A stretch of 64,000 bases of DNA, taken from positions 13,519 to 77,518 of the forward strand of contig JAITRF010000060.1 in assembly GCA_031288535.1 (NCBI GenBank). Reading direction: 5' to 3'. Every line of letters starts with the position of its first letter. The stretch's first letter is position 1. The DNA is from Desulfovibrio sp. (GTDB lineage Bacteria > Desulfobacterota > Desulfovibrionia > Desulfovibrionales > Desulfovibrionaceae). This document shows, piece after piece, positions 26,046 through 36,769 of the stretch. Under the pieces are notes generated by a model that had not been told where the DNA came from, did not search any database, and worked only from the letters and a program-made list of their open reading frames with translations. The position numbers and the translations under genes were made by a program.

Positions 26046-27008
26046 ATGGCCATACAGGATGATATCAAATCAGCGATTGCCGAAGTCCTGCCGGGTCTGT
26101 CCTGTGTGATAGGCTGGGGCGCCGGGCCCGAACCGCTGCGGGCCGCGCCGCTTTTCATGCGCGATGCGGCCGATGTGGAGAAATTCACTGCCGGGTTTCT
26201 GGCTGTCAACAATCCGGCCCTGTTTCTGCCGGCCTTGAAAGGCGCCAAGGTCGGGCTGGTAGTCAAAGGCTGCGATGCGCGTTCCGTAGGTCAGCTTGTC
26301 GCGGAAAATCTCGTCAAACGGGAGGAAGTCCATCTCATCGGCTACCCCTGCCGGGGCATCATTGATATGGACAAGACGGCGGCCGCCCTTGAAGGCAGGT
26401 GCGAGCCAGGAGAAGTGAAGGGACTGCGCGAGGAGGACGGGGATATAGTGCTCGATACGCCCGGCGGCGAGGTAAGGCTGGCGAAAACGGACGTGGCCGC
26501 TGACAAGTGCGCCCGCTGCCGTTATCCGAATGCGGAATCCGCCGATGTCTTTGTCGGGGAAAAAATTGCGCCGGTTGTAGAGCGGGATGATTACGCCGAT
26601 TTGGCCGCCTTTGAGAATATGGAACTTGATGCGCGCAAAGCTTTCTGGGAAATGGAGATGTCGCGCTGCATCCGATGTTATGCCTGCAGAAATTCCTGTC
26701 CGCTTTGCGTATGCAGGGATCATTGCGTGGCCGCAAGCCGGGAGCCGCATTGGCTTACTCAGGCGGACGGAGTGCGCGACAAACTCTTTTTCCAGTTGAT
26801 CCACGCCACGCACCTGGCCGGGCGCTGTACCGGCTGCGGCGAATGCGAACGCGCCTGCCCGGTCGGCATCCCGCTGCTCACGCTAAAGCGTGCTTTCTCC
26901 CGTCAGGTAGAGGGCCTGTTCGGATACACCGCGGGCCTTGATCAGGGAATGCCTCCGTTGCTTACCTTCAAGCTGGAAGAACCCGCAATTAAGGAGAGGG
27001 AGTGGTAA
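26046..27008 (+). CDS. flxC: Fe-S cluster protein, FlxC-like
   Basis: CIRCYACRNSCPLCVC and CTGCGECERACP motifs. Its position matches flxC in the hdrCBA-flxDCBA arrangement known from Desulfovibrio vulgaris. Confidence 0.7.
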   Translation: MAIQDDIKSAIAEVLPGLSCVIGWGAGPEPLRAAPLFMRDAADVEKFTAGFLAVNNPALFLPALKGAKVGLVVKGCDARSVGQLVAENLVKREEVHLIGYPCRGIIDMDKTAAALEGRCEPGEVKGLREEDGDIVLDTPGGEVRLAKTDVAADKCARCRYPNAESADVFVGEKIAPVVERDDYADLAAFENMELDARKAFWEMEMSRCIRCYACRNSCPLCVCRDHCVAASREPHWLTQADGVRDKLFFQLIHATHLAGRCTGCGECERACPVGIPLLTLKRAFSRQVEGLFGYTAGLDQGMPPLLTFKLEEPAIKEREW

Positions 27009-28078
27009 TGAGCACCGATACCGCGAAAAAATTCGTCTCCTTTGAGGCCCTGCCGGATTTTCTGGCGCAGTTGGCGCAAGGGGCTTGCGTGTATGCCCCA
27101 CGGCGTGAAAACAAGGCTGTTGTCTACCGTCCCTGGAGTCCGGGAGACAACGTCGAATTCGCCGCGCGTCCGACGGAATCCTGTAAGCATGTGATATTCC
27201 CGCGTAGTGAGGAACTGTTTTCGTTCACCAGAGGAGGGGAGGGAGAAAATCCAGACGACTCATCGCTTATCTTGCAAGAAGCGTCTGAACCCGGCCCGGC
27301 CGTTATTTTCGGCGCTCTGTCCTGCGACGCGCGCGGTTTTCTGGCCTTTGATCCGGTTTATGACGGCTGCGGGACCGGGGGCAAGGCCAGGGACGTCTAT
27401 TATCTGAAACGGAGGGCGATCACCACGCTGGTAGTCAGAACCTGCAAGACTCCGTTGAACACCTGCTTTTGCACTTGGGTCGGGGGCGGCCCCGCAAGTT
27501 CCGAAGGAGCCGACGCCCTGATGACTGAAATAGGAAATGGTTTGCTTTTTGAGGCGGTAAGCGACAAGGGCGCGGCGCTTTTGCAGTCCCTGCCGGACGC
27601 GTCGGCGGAGCAGGGCGCCGAGGCAACGGCATCGCGTGAGGCGGCGCAAGGACGTTTCCCCCAGCCCGCGGATATCAAGGCCGCTCCGGGTTCCTTGCGT
27701 GCGCTGTTCGATTCCGCCCCCTTTTGGGAGAAACAAACCGCGCAGTGTCTCTACTGCGGCGCCTGCACCTATCTGTGCCCCACCTGCTACTGCTTCAATA
27801 TTACAGACGAGAGCAACGGCATCAGAGGCGTGCGTCTGCGTTCCTGGGACAACTGCATGTCCCCGCTTTTCACTCTGGAAACCAGCGGGCATAACCCAAG
27901 GCCGGCCAAGTTCAACCGTTTGAAAAACCGGGTAGGGCACAAGTTTTCCTATTACCCGAAAATCCACTCCGGACGTTTTTCCTGTTGCGGTTGCGGCCGC
28001 TGCATAAAAAGCTGTCCGTCCTCGGTGGACATCAGAAAGATCGTGCTTGACGCCATAAAGGAGGCAGCCAATGTCTGA
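27008..28078 (+). CDS. flxB: Fe-S cluster protein, FlxB-like (AsrA/hydrogenase beta-like)
   Basis: ATG 27008 overlaps the flxC TAA (TAATG) after AAGGAGAGGG. CLYCGACTYLCPTCYC and CCGCGRCIKSCP motifs. Confidence 0.7.
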   Translation: MSTDTAKKFVSFEALPDFLAQLAQGACVYAPRRENKAVVYRPWSPGDNVEFAARPTESCKHVIFPRSEELFSFTRGGEGENPDDSSLILQEASEPGPAVIFGALSCDARGFLAFDPVYDGCGTGGKARDVYYLKRRAITTLVVRTCKTPLNTCFCTWVGGGPASSEGADALMTEIGNGLLFEAVSDKGAALLQSLPDASAEQGAEATASREAAQGRFPQPADIKAAPGSLRALFDSAPFWEKQTAQCLYCGACTYLCPTCYCFNITDESNGIRGVRLRSWDNCMSPLFTLETSGHNPRPAKFNRLKNRVGHKFSYYPKIHSGRFSCCGCGRCIKSCPSSVDIRKIVLDAIKEAANV

Positions 28079-28949
28079 ACGGTCCGCGGCCGCGACAAGC
28101 CGCCCGGCTTTTCAGCCGGGCACGCGCAACCCCTATCTGCCCATGCCGGCGCGGGTGATTGAAGCCATCACCGAGACCCCCACCATCAAAACCTTCCGCG
28201 TGATTTTGCAGGACGAAAAACTGATGCGGGAGTTCAGCTTTGAACCAGGGCAGGTCGGACAACTTTCCCTGTTCGGAGCCGGCGAATCCACCTTCGTCAT
28301 AAATTCTCCGCCGACGCGCATGGATTATCTGCAGTTCAGCGTAATGCGGGCCGGAGAGAACACAACGGCCCTGCATTCCGTGCGTGCCGGGGACATAATC
28401 GGGGTGCGCGCCCCCCTCGGCAATTATTTCCCTTACGAGAAGATGAAGGGCAAAGACATTGTTTTTATCGGCGGCGGCATCGGTATGGCCCCGCTTCGGA
28501 CCCTGCTCTTGTTCATGCTGGACAATCGTAAGGACTACGGTAAAATAAGTCTGCTTTATGGGGCAAGGTCTCCACAGGATATGGCCTATTCTGCGGAACT
28601 GCCCGAATGGCTCTCCCGTTCCGATCTGGACTGTGTCCTGACCATCGATCGCGAGGCGGAGGGCTGGCCGCACAGGGTTGGGCTGATCCCCAACGTGCTT
28701 CTGGAAATGAACCCCAGCCCGGAAAACGCCATAGCCGTCACCTGCGGGCCGCCAATCATGATCAAGTTCACCTTGCAGGCCTTGGAGAAACTGAAATTCG
28801 CCCCGGAGCAGATCGTGACCACCTTGGAAAAACGCATGAAATGTGGCATCGGCATCTGCGGGCGTTGCAACATAGGGGATAAATATGTCTGCGTGGACGG
28901 TCCGGTCTTCACTTTGGCCGAACTCAAGGATATGCCGAACGAACTTTGA
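28071..28949 (+). CDS. flxA: FAD/NAD(P)-binding oxidoreductase with a C-terminal 2Fe-2S motif, FlxA-like (PyrK/AsrB-like)
   Basis: The ferredoxin-NADP-reductase-like fold motifs are not individually verified. The C-terminal MKCGIGICGRCNIGDKYVCVDGPVF is typical of the PyrK/AsrB family. Confidence 0.8.
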   Translation: MSERSAAATSRPAFQPGTRNPYLPMPARVIEAITETPTIKTFRVILQDEKLMREFSFEPGQVGQLSLFGAGESTFVINSPPTRMDYLQFSVMRAGENTTALHSVRAGDIIGVRAPLGNYFPYEKMKGKDIVFIGGGIGMAPLRTLLLFMLDNRKDYGKISLLYGARSPQDMAYSAELPEWLSRSDLDCVLTIDREAEGWPHRVGLIPNVLLEMNPSPENAIAVTCGPPIMIKFTLQALEKLKFAPEQIVTTLEKRMKCGIGICGRCNIGDKYVCVDGPVFTLAELKDMPNEL

Positions 28950-28953
28950 GCGT

Positions 28954-29361
28954 TTGAGCTGCAGATATCAGGGCATTTTCATTCTGCTGGCGGCGGTGTT
29001 TTTTTGCTGGTTCTGCCTTTTCCCGGTTTTTTGTCCCGGTCTGGCATTCGCCATGTCGGCCGGGGAGACTGAGCGGGTGGAAAGGATGCTTGAAGCCTTG
29101 AGCAGGGAAAGCGGCATCGTCTTTATCCGCAACGACGCGGAACATACGGCCGAAGCCGCCGCCGCCCATCTTAAAAAGAAATTCGAGTATGCCGCAAACA
29201 ACCTGTCTACGGCGGAAGAATTCATCGACAAGGTCGGTTCGCGATCTTCCCTGTCCAACCGGGAATATCTGGTACGCAAAACCGGAGAAAAAGCCCGTCC
29301 GGCAAGAGATTATCTGTTTGAACTGCTGCGTCGGCTCGATTCCAACGCCGCTTCTCCCTGA
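28954..29361 (+). CDS. Small secreted protein, DUF5329-like (start uncertain, TTG 28954 proposed)
   Basis: ORF 28885..29361 overlaps flxA. The in-frame TTG at 28954 gives a signal-peptide-like SCRYQGIFILLAAVFFCWFCLFPVFCPGLAFA followed by ERVERMLEALSRESGIVFIRNDAEHTAEAAAAHLKKK. Confidence 0.5.
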   Translation: MSCRYQGIFILLAAVFFCWFCLFPVFCPGLAFAMSAGETERVERMLEALSRESGIVFIRNDAEHTAEAAAAHLKKKFEYAANNLSTAEEFIDKVGSRSSLSNREYLVRKTGEKARPARDYLFELLRRLDSNAASP

Positions 29362-29405
29362 AAAATTGTTTCGTCTATAGGGCGATTGATTCGGAGGGAT
29401 TCAAT

Positions 29406-30260
29406 TTGACCAAATGTGTCGCGTTTTTTGGTCTGGGTGCGATGGGCGCCCCCATGGCGGAAAATCTGCTCAAAGCAGGCTGCACGGTGCGTACAGCTAT
29501 CAACCGCAGTCGTGTTACGGCGGACGATTTGGCCGAACGATACGGCCTTTTAATTCTCCCATCCGTTCCGGAAGCCGCAAAAGAAGCAGATGTGGTAATC
29601 ACAATTCTTCCATCCGACGCGGAGGTCAAGTCCGTTCTGATTAACGATGCCCTTGCCGCTTCACTTAAAAAAAACGCTGTTATTTTAGATATGTCTTCCT
29701 GTACTACGGAAGCTATTCGCGAAGTGGAAGATTGGTATACCCCGAAAAATATCTTTGTCGTCGATGCGCCTGTGAGTGGAGGGGTCGAGGGCGCTAAAAA
29801 AGGGACATTGTCTATTTACGCTTCGGGAGAGAAAAGTGCTTTGCAAACGGTACGGCCTCTTTTAGAAGCAATGGGAAATGAAATCTTTGATCTTGGCGAT
29901 TGTGGAACAGGTAAAGCTTTTAAAAACCTCAATAATTTGCTCTCGATAATCAACGTAGTCGTTATATCAGAAATGTTTCACATAGCAAAAAAACAAGATT
30001 TCGATATGGACAAATTGTTTGATGTCATCTGCGCCGGTAGTGGGGCGTCTGTTTCCTTTAAAAACCGCTTTAAAAAGATGGTGAACCGTGAATTTGAAGG
30101 TGGATTCAAATTGTCGCTCGCCCGTAAAGATCTCGCGAACGCGATTGCCTTGGGACCCGGTGTCCCCATGCCTGTCGCAAAACTTGTACACGAACTTATG
30201 ACGGCAAATAGCGTATGCGACGACTTGGATATGTCGGCAATGTGCAAATTGTTCGAATAA
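29406..30260 (+). CDS. NAD(P)-dependent 3-hydroxyacid dehydrogenase (3-hydroxyisobutyrate / tartronate semialdehyde reductase family)
   Basis: TTG start after GGAGGG. VAFFGLGAMGAPMAENLLKAG Rossmann motif. The family assignment comes from the overall pattern. The gene is visibly AT-richer than its neighbours. Confidence 0.85.
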   Translation: MTKCVAFFGLGAMGAPMAENLLKAGCTVRTAINRSRVTADDLAERYGLLILPSVPEAAKEADVVITILPSDAEVKSVLINDALAASLKKNAVILDMSSCTTEAIREVEDWYTPKNIFVVDAPVSGGVEGAKKGTLSIYASGEKSALQTVRPLLEAMGNEIFDLGDCGTGKAFKNLNNLLSIINVVVISEMFHIAKKQDFDMDKLFDVICAGSGASVSFKNRFKKMVNREFEGGFKLSLARKDLANAIALGPGVPMPVAKLVHELMTANSVCDDLDMSAMCKLFE

Positions 30261-30355
30261 GGGAAAATGGCGGAATAGATAATAACGTACGTTATTTTCC
30301 GCACATTGTTGTCAAAAGTGCAAAAAACTCTGCATATTACATAAATGCCATATGG

Positions 30356-30377
30356 CGCCCGGCCGGAAGGCCGGGCG
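30356..30377. terminator. GC-rich hairpin between the convergent dehydrogenase and bactofilin genes
   Basis: cgcccggcc-ggaa-ggccgggcg, followed on the plus strand by tgctttct. A second palindrome, gcggaa..aataacgtacgttatt..ttccgc, lies at 30270..30302. Confidence 0.5.
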
Positions 30378-30383
30378 TGCTTT

Positions 30384-30797
30384 CTACTGTTTCAAAGCGG
30401 CGTCGATTACCGGAGTCAGGTCCGCGCGCGGGAGTTGTACGGCTTCGTCTCCCATGCGCCCGGTTTCGGCTTGTTTATGCATGTGCAGATCGCCCTGCAA
30501 AATAGCGCCTTCTTCCATAACCAGGGCCGGAGTGTTCAAAGTGCCGGTGACCCTGGCCTCCTGATGCAGAATGGTGCGTTTGCCGACAACCGCTTCACCG
30601 GTAAGCACGCCGTGCACCACAAGTTCCTTGACGGCGACTGTCCCCTCGAAAATTGCCTCCCGGCCCAGGATCAGCTTGCCGTCCGAAAGTATTTCTCCGG
30701 TAAAACGGCAGTCAATTCGTACTGTGCCCTTGAAGTTCAGCCGACCCTGATATTCGGTGCCTGAACCCAGAAAAGCGGTGAAATCGTCTTTAGCCAT
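30384..30797 (-). CDS. Bactofilin (DUF583) cytoskeletal protein
   Basis: Repetitive beta-helix pattern G.L.F.G.V.I.G...G.I....L.I in a 137-aa protein adjacent to rodA. Confidence 0.85.
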   Translation of the reverse strand: MAKDDFTAFLGSGTEYQGRLNFKGTVRIDCRFTGEILSDGKLILGREAIFEGTVAVKELVVHGVLTGEAVVGKRTILHQEARVTGTLNTPALVMEEGAILQGDLHMHKQAETGRMGDEAVQLPRADLTPVIDAALKQ

Positions 30798-30837
30798 TGT
30801 GTACTACCCCTTAGAAAATGTGGCGTGGCGAAGAGCT

Positions 30838-31953
30838 TCAGCTCATTTTGAATATGAAGCGCCGCATGGAAATATTTACAACCAGCCCCAACAATATGAA
30901 GTTGACAATCGTGGCGGTGCCTCCGTAGCTCAAAAAGGGCAGGGGCACCCCGACGACCGGCATAAGCCCGACAACCATGGCGATGTTGATCAGTATCTGC
31001 CAGAAAAAATAAAAAAAGATGCCGGCGCAAACAATGCTCCCGAACTGGTCTTTCGCGCTTTTGGCTGTGTTTATTATGCACAATAAAAAGCAACAGAACA
31101 AGGCCAAAAGCGCCATGCAGCCGATAAACCCCCATTCTTCGCTGAAGACCGCCACGGCGAAATCCGTGTGTTTTTCCGGGAGAAACCGCAGAAGGCTCTG
31201 CGTGCCTTCCTGAAAACCCTTGCCCCAGAGCCGGCCGGAGCCTATGGCTATCTGGGATTGGGTGATGTGGTATCCGGCGCCTTGCAGGTCCCGCGAGGGA
31301 TCTAAAAATGTAACTATGCGCTCTTTTTGATAATCTTTCAGCGTAAGCCAGCCGAGCGGCAGAAGCAACGGCAGGGCTATGCAGCAGGTTTTTAAGACCT
31401 GACGCGTGATGCCGTGGAAGAGAATCATTCCGCCAAGCAAAAAAAACAGCAGCAGTGTGGTGCCGAGGTCGGGCTGGATGAAAATCAGCCCGCAGGGAAT
31501 GGCCGCAATGCCCAGAATAAAAAATAACTCCTTCCAGCGCAAGGGGTCTTTATAGCGGGAAAGCAGGTTCGCTCCAAGAAGAATGGTGGCGATTTTGGCA
31601 AGCTCGCTGGGCTGGAGGTTAAACAGGCCGAAGGCCAGCCAGCGTTTGGCTCCGGAAACGGTTTTGCCGGCCACCGGAACTAGCAGGAGCAGAAAAACGA
31701 CCAGTATGAAAAAGGGGAGGGACATGGTGCGCAGATGCCGGTAATCAAAAAGCGAGCAGGCGATCATGCAACCTAATCCGGTTGCGCCCCACACCAGTTG
31801 TTTTTGATAAAAGGGGGCAATGCTGATGCCGTCTTCAAACCTTACCCCGCTTGCGGAGTAGAGGTTGGCGACCCCAATAAAGAACAGGGCCGCGGTAAGG
31901 CCGAGCAGAGGCCAGTTGGCGTGTATGATCAGGCGTCTGTCTATGGCAAGCAT
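30838..31953 (-). CDS. rodA: Peptidoglycan glycosyltransferase RodA (SEDS family)
   Basis: ORF 30838..32004; probable ATG at 31953 (MLAIDRRLIIHANWPLLGL..LYSAS). FtsW/RodA/SpoVE motifs such as PSELAK and LPFLSYGGT. Confidence 0.9.
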   Translation of the reverse strand: MLAIDRRLIIHANWPLLGLTAALFFIGVANLYSASGVRFEDGISIAPFYQKQLVWGATGLGCMIACSLFDYRHLRTMSLPFFILVVFLLLLVPVAGKTVSGAKRWLAFGLFNLQPSELAKIATILLGANLLSRYKDPLRWKELFFILGIAAIPCGLIFIQPDLGTTLLLFFLLGGMILFHGITRQVLKTCCIALPLLLPLGWLTLKDYQKERIVTFLDPSRDLQGAGYHITQSQIAIGSGRLWGKGFQEGTQSLLRFLPEKHTDFAVAVFSEEWGFIGCMALLALFCCFLLCIINTAKSAKDQFGSIVCAGIFFYFFWQILINIAMVVGLMPVVGVPLPFLSYGGTATIVNFILLGLVVNISMRRFIFKMS

Positions 31954-32212
31954 TGCGATAAGGTGTAGGCGAAACTTTAACCCGCTGTCAAGCGCCGGAA
32001 ACAAGCGTGAAATAATTTAAGGAAGGACTGATTAATTGGGGCTCCGCCCCAAACCCCGCCGGGGGAGCGCCAGCCGTAGGCTAGGTTCCGAGCCGTACGG
32101 ATGGCGACAGCAGCGATAATGATTTCCCCCGGACCCCCTCGATAGTAACTCACTGAAATATCTCTTGGGAGTACAGAGGGCAAAGCCATCTCAAAAATAA
32201 ATCAGTGTTTCC

Positions 32213-34057
32213 TTAATCATGCAGTTCCTGGGTGGGATCCGAACCTGCGCCTTCCCCGCCGGCTGAGCGGGGGCGGCCGTGCTCGGGACCGAAAAGCGCA
32301 TCGTAGACCTTGGCCGCGATCGGCCCGGCCGTAGAACCGCCGCCGCCGCCGTGTTCGACCATGACAACAACCGCATAGGTTTTTCCGTCTTTCATGCCCC
32401 AGGCAGTCATCCAGGCATGATCTCTGTGCCGATAGGCCATTTCGCTGCTTCGCACCCGTCTTTCCCCGAGACGCACAACTTGGGCCGTACCCGTCTTTCC
32501 GCCCATTACCGCATCGGAGCGGTTTATGCGCCGCGCGGTTCCCACGGAAGCGGTAGCGCGCATGGCTTCAAGAATGAAGGTTCGGTGCGGCTGTGGTATC
32601 GGCAGTTGCCCGCGCAACGAAGGTTCGTCATTTTCAATAAGCAGGGGCTTTAATATCTTGCCTTCATTCAAAAGCGCGCTGATGAACACGGCCATCTGAA
32701 TCGGCGTCACCAGCGTATGGCCCTGGCCGATGGCGGCGTTCAATGTTTCACCGCCCTGCCAGGGCTCGTTGAAGCGTCTTCTTTTCCAGTCCCTTCCCGG
32801 AACCAGTCCGGGTCGCTCGTGCGGAAGCTCTATGCCGGTCACGCTTCCGAAGCCGCAGGCCGTTGCAAAACGTTCGATGTTGTCTATGCCCACGCGCTGC
32901 GCCATTTCGTAATAATAGACATCGCAGGAATTGATTATGGATTGCATCATGTTCACAAAACCATGCCCGCCTCGTTTCCAGCAGCGGAAGGTGTGGTTGC
33001 CGAGATGCACTTCCCCGAGACAGGTCACGCCGTTACGCGGGTCCATTTTTTGTTCCAGAAAAAGTCCGACCATCATCAGCTTCCACACCGAACCGGGAGG
33101 ATAAGCGCTTTGTATCGCCCTGTTCTGCAAGGGATGCCTGGGGTCTTCAACCAGATTCGTCCAATCCTCTCTGGAAAGCGTCGCGGTGAAGATGTTGTTG
33201 TCATAGCTCGGATGCGTGACCAGGGCGCGTACCTTGCCCGTGTACGGCTCCATGACAACAACCGCTCCCGCCTCCTCGCCCAGGGCTTCCGAGGCGGCTT
33301 TCTGCAGGTCTATGTCCAGGGAAAGGGCGATGTTTTCCCCGGCCAGAGGAGGTTCGTCCTGGCGCCTGCTCAACTGGCGGCCGAGCACGTCCACCTCCAC
33401 GCTGTTCAAACCCTTTGTGCCGCGCAGCCGCTTTTCCAGCATAAGCTCAAGCCCTTGCTTGCCGACTATGTCGCCCAAGGCGAGCTTGTCGTCGGTGCGC
33501 AGTTCTTTTTCGCTCGCATCCGAGACATAGCCGATTATATGGGCGAAAAGCGGCCCATGGGGATAGAACCGCCTTTGCCGCGTTTCAACGCTCAGTCCTG
33601 GCCACATGAAAATCTGCTGTTCAATTTCGGACACTTTTTCAAAAGGGATGTCAGTGGCTACGATCTGCGGCTGAAAGGATTTCACGCGTAACGCGTCCTG
33701 CTGGAATTTTGCCTGCAAGGCCGGGAGCGATATGCCGGTCCAGCTCGATACCTGGGCCAGAGTTGCTGGAATGTCCGGACAGTCTTCCCGGATCAGGGTC
33801 AGAATGTACGCGGGTCTGTTTTCCGCAAGCAACCGTCCTCTGGAATCGACTATGATGCCGCGCGTCGCATAGATGCGTTCCTGTCTGGTCCTGTTGGCCT
33901 GTGCTTTTTGCGCGTATTCCTCCCCGTGCAGAATTTGCAGAAACCAGAAGCGCACCACGAAGAGTACGAAAAGAGAACCGGTAAGCCAAAAGAGCAGATA
34001 AATGCCGAAACGGGGAGGATGGTACCTGTCGGCGCGGAAATCCAGTTCGGCGGGCAT
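32213..34057 (-). CDS. mrdA: Penicillin-binding protein 2 (elongasome transpeptidase)
   Basis: 614 aa with an N-terminal TM helix. Contains PPGSVWK (SxxK) and GKTGTA (KTG) motifs. Confidence 0.9.
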   Translation of the reverse strand: MPAELDFRADRYHPPRFGIYLLFWLTGSLFVLFVVRFWFLQILHGEEYAQKAQANRTRQERIYATRGIIVDSRGRLLAENRPAYILTLIREDCPDIPATLAQVSSWTGISLPALQAKFQQDALRVKSFQPQIVATDIPFEKVSEIEQQIFMWPGLSVETRQRRFYPHGPLFAHIIGYVSDASEKELRTDDKLALGDIVGKQGLELMLEKRLRGTKGLNSVEVDVLGRQLSRRQDEPPLAGENIALSLDIDLQKAASEALGEEAGAVVVMEPYTGKVRALVTHPSYDNNIFTATLSREDWTNLVEDPRHPLQNRAIQSAYPPGSVWKLMMVGLFLEQKMDPRNGVTCLGEVHLGNHTFRCWKRGGHGFVNMMQSIINSCDVYYYEMAQRVGIDNIERFATACGFGSVTGIELPHERPGLVPGRDWKRRRFNEPWQGGETLNAAIGQGHTLVTPIQMAVFISALLNEGKILKPLLIENDEPSLRGQLPIPQPHRTFILEAMRATASVGTARRINRSDAVMGGKTGTAQVVRLGERRVRSSEMAYRHRDHAWMTAWGMKDGKTYAVVVMVEHGGGGGSTAGPIAAKVYDALFGPEHGRPRSAGGEGAGSDPTQELHD

Positions 34058-34059
34058 GG

Positions 34060-34526
34060 TTACTGCGCGCCGCCGGGGGCGTGTCCTGGTTTCGCAATAT
34101 GCGCAAGAGCCCAGATCAGGGGGATGATGAGCGTTTGGATGACGCTCTCCCGCAATAACGCCTCAAAATCTACATGAACCGCCTGCACGGCGCACATAAG
34201 CCAAGTAAGCAGGAAGTGGTAAAGACCGAGGCAGCCGGAGTACATGGCAATGAAGATGATGTTGTCCTTTACAAAAATTATGCTGCCCATGCGAAAGAGC
34301 AGCACCTGTCCGCCGTACCAGAGCGCCGCCGCGCCGAAAAGCAGGTTGCCTGTTCCTTCCTGAATCAGCGTGAAAAGAATGAAAAGCCAGAAACACTGCT
34401 GCCTGTTCTGCTCTTGCAGGGCAAGAAGAAAACCCGGGACAAGGGCGTCTACTCCGGGTATGAACCGCTGGACAAGCAGGGCGCCGGATATGTATGCGAT
34501 CCACCATACGAAGCGGTAAAGCGTTT

Positions 34527-34530
<4 letters not shown>
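34060..34530 (-). CDS. mreD: Rod shape-determining protein MreD
   Basis: A 156-aa polytopic membrane protein between mreC and mrdA. Confidence 0.8.
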
Positions 34531-36468
<1,938 letters not shown>

Positions 36469-36769
36469 TTATGGGGAAATATTTGGTGATACTCAAGTCC
36501 ATTTCCGAATAAAGATTGCGTCCATCAATTCTTATCCGGCTGTTGCGGCAAAATCGCGGATTTACAGCAACACTTCGAAATACTTTGTATTTCGGCACGA
36601 CGGCCTGTCGCGCCCTTTTGTTTCCCGATATAAATCAGGGAAGTTACATCCGTAAACGGAACAAGCTCATGCGCGGCGGGTTGAAATCGTTACGGCCACA
36701 AAGATTACACTGTTTTTCAGACTTTTTCCATAAAAAGACGGAAGTAAAAATCGGCGTTCCTGTTTTGCA

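Noticed and set aside
32070-32106. tRNA-like T-arm impression (ggctaggttccgagcc) in the mrdA-rodA spacer
   Set aside because: The flanks do not form an acceptor, D or anticodon stem, and the loop does not match the GTTCRANYC consensus. It is better described as one long imperfect hairpin.
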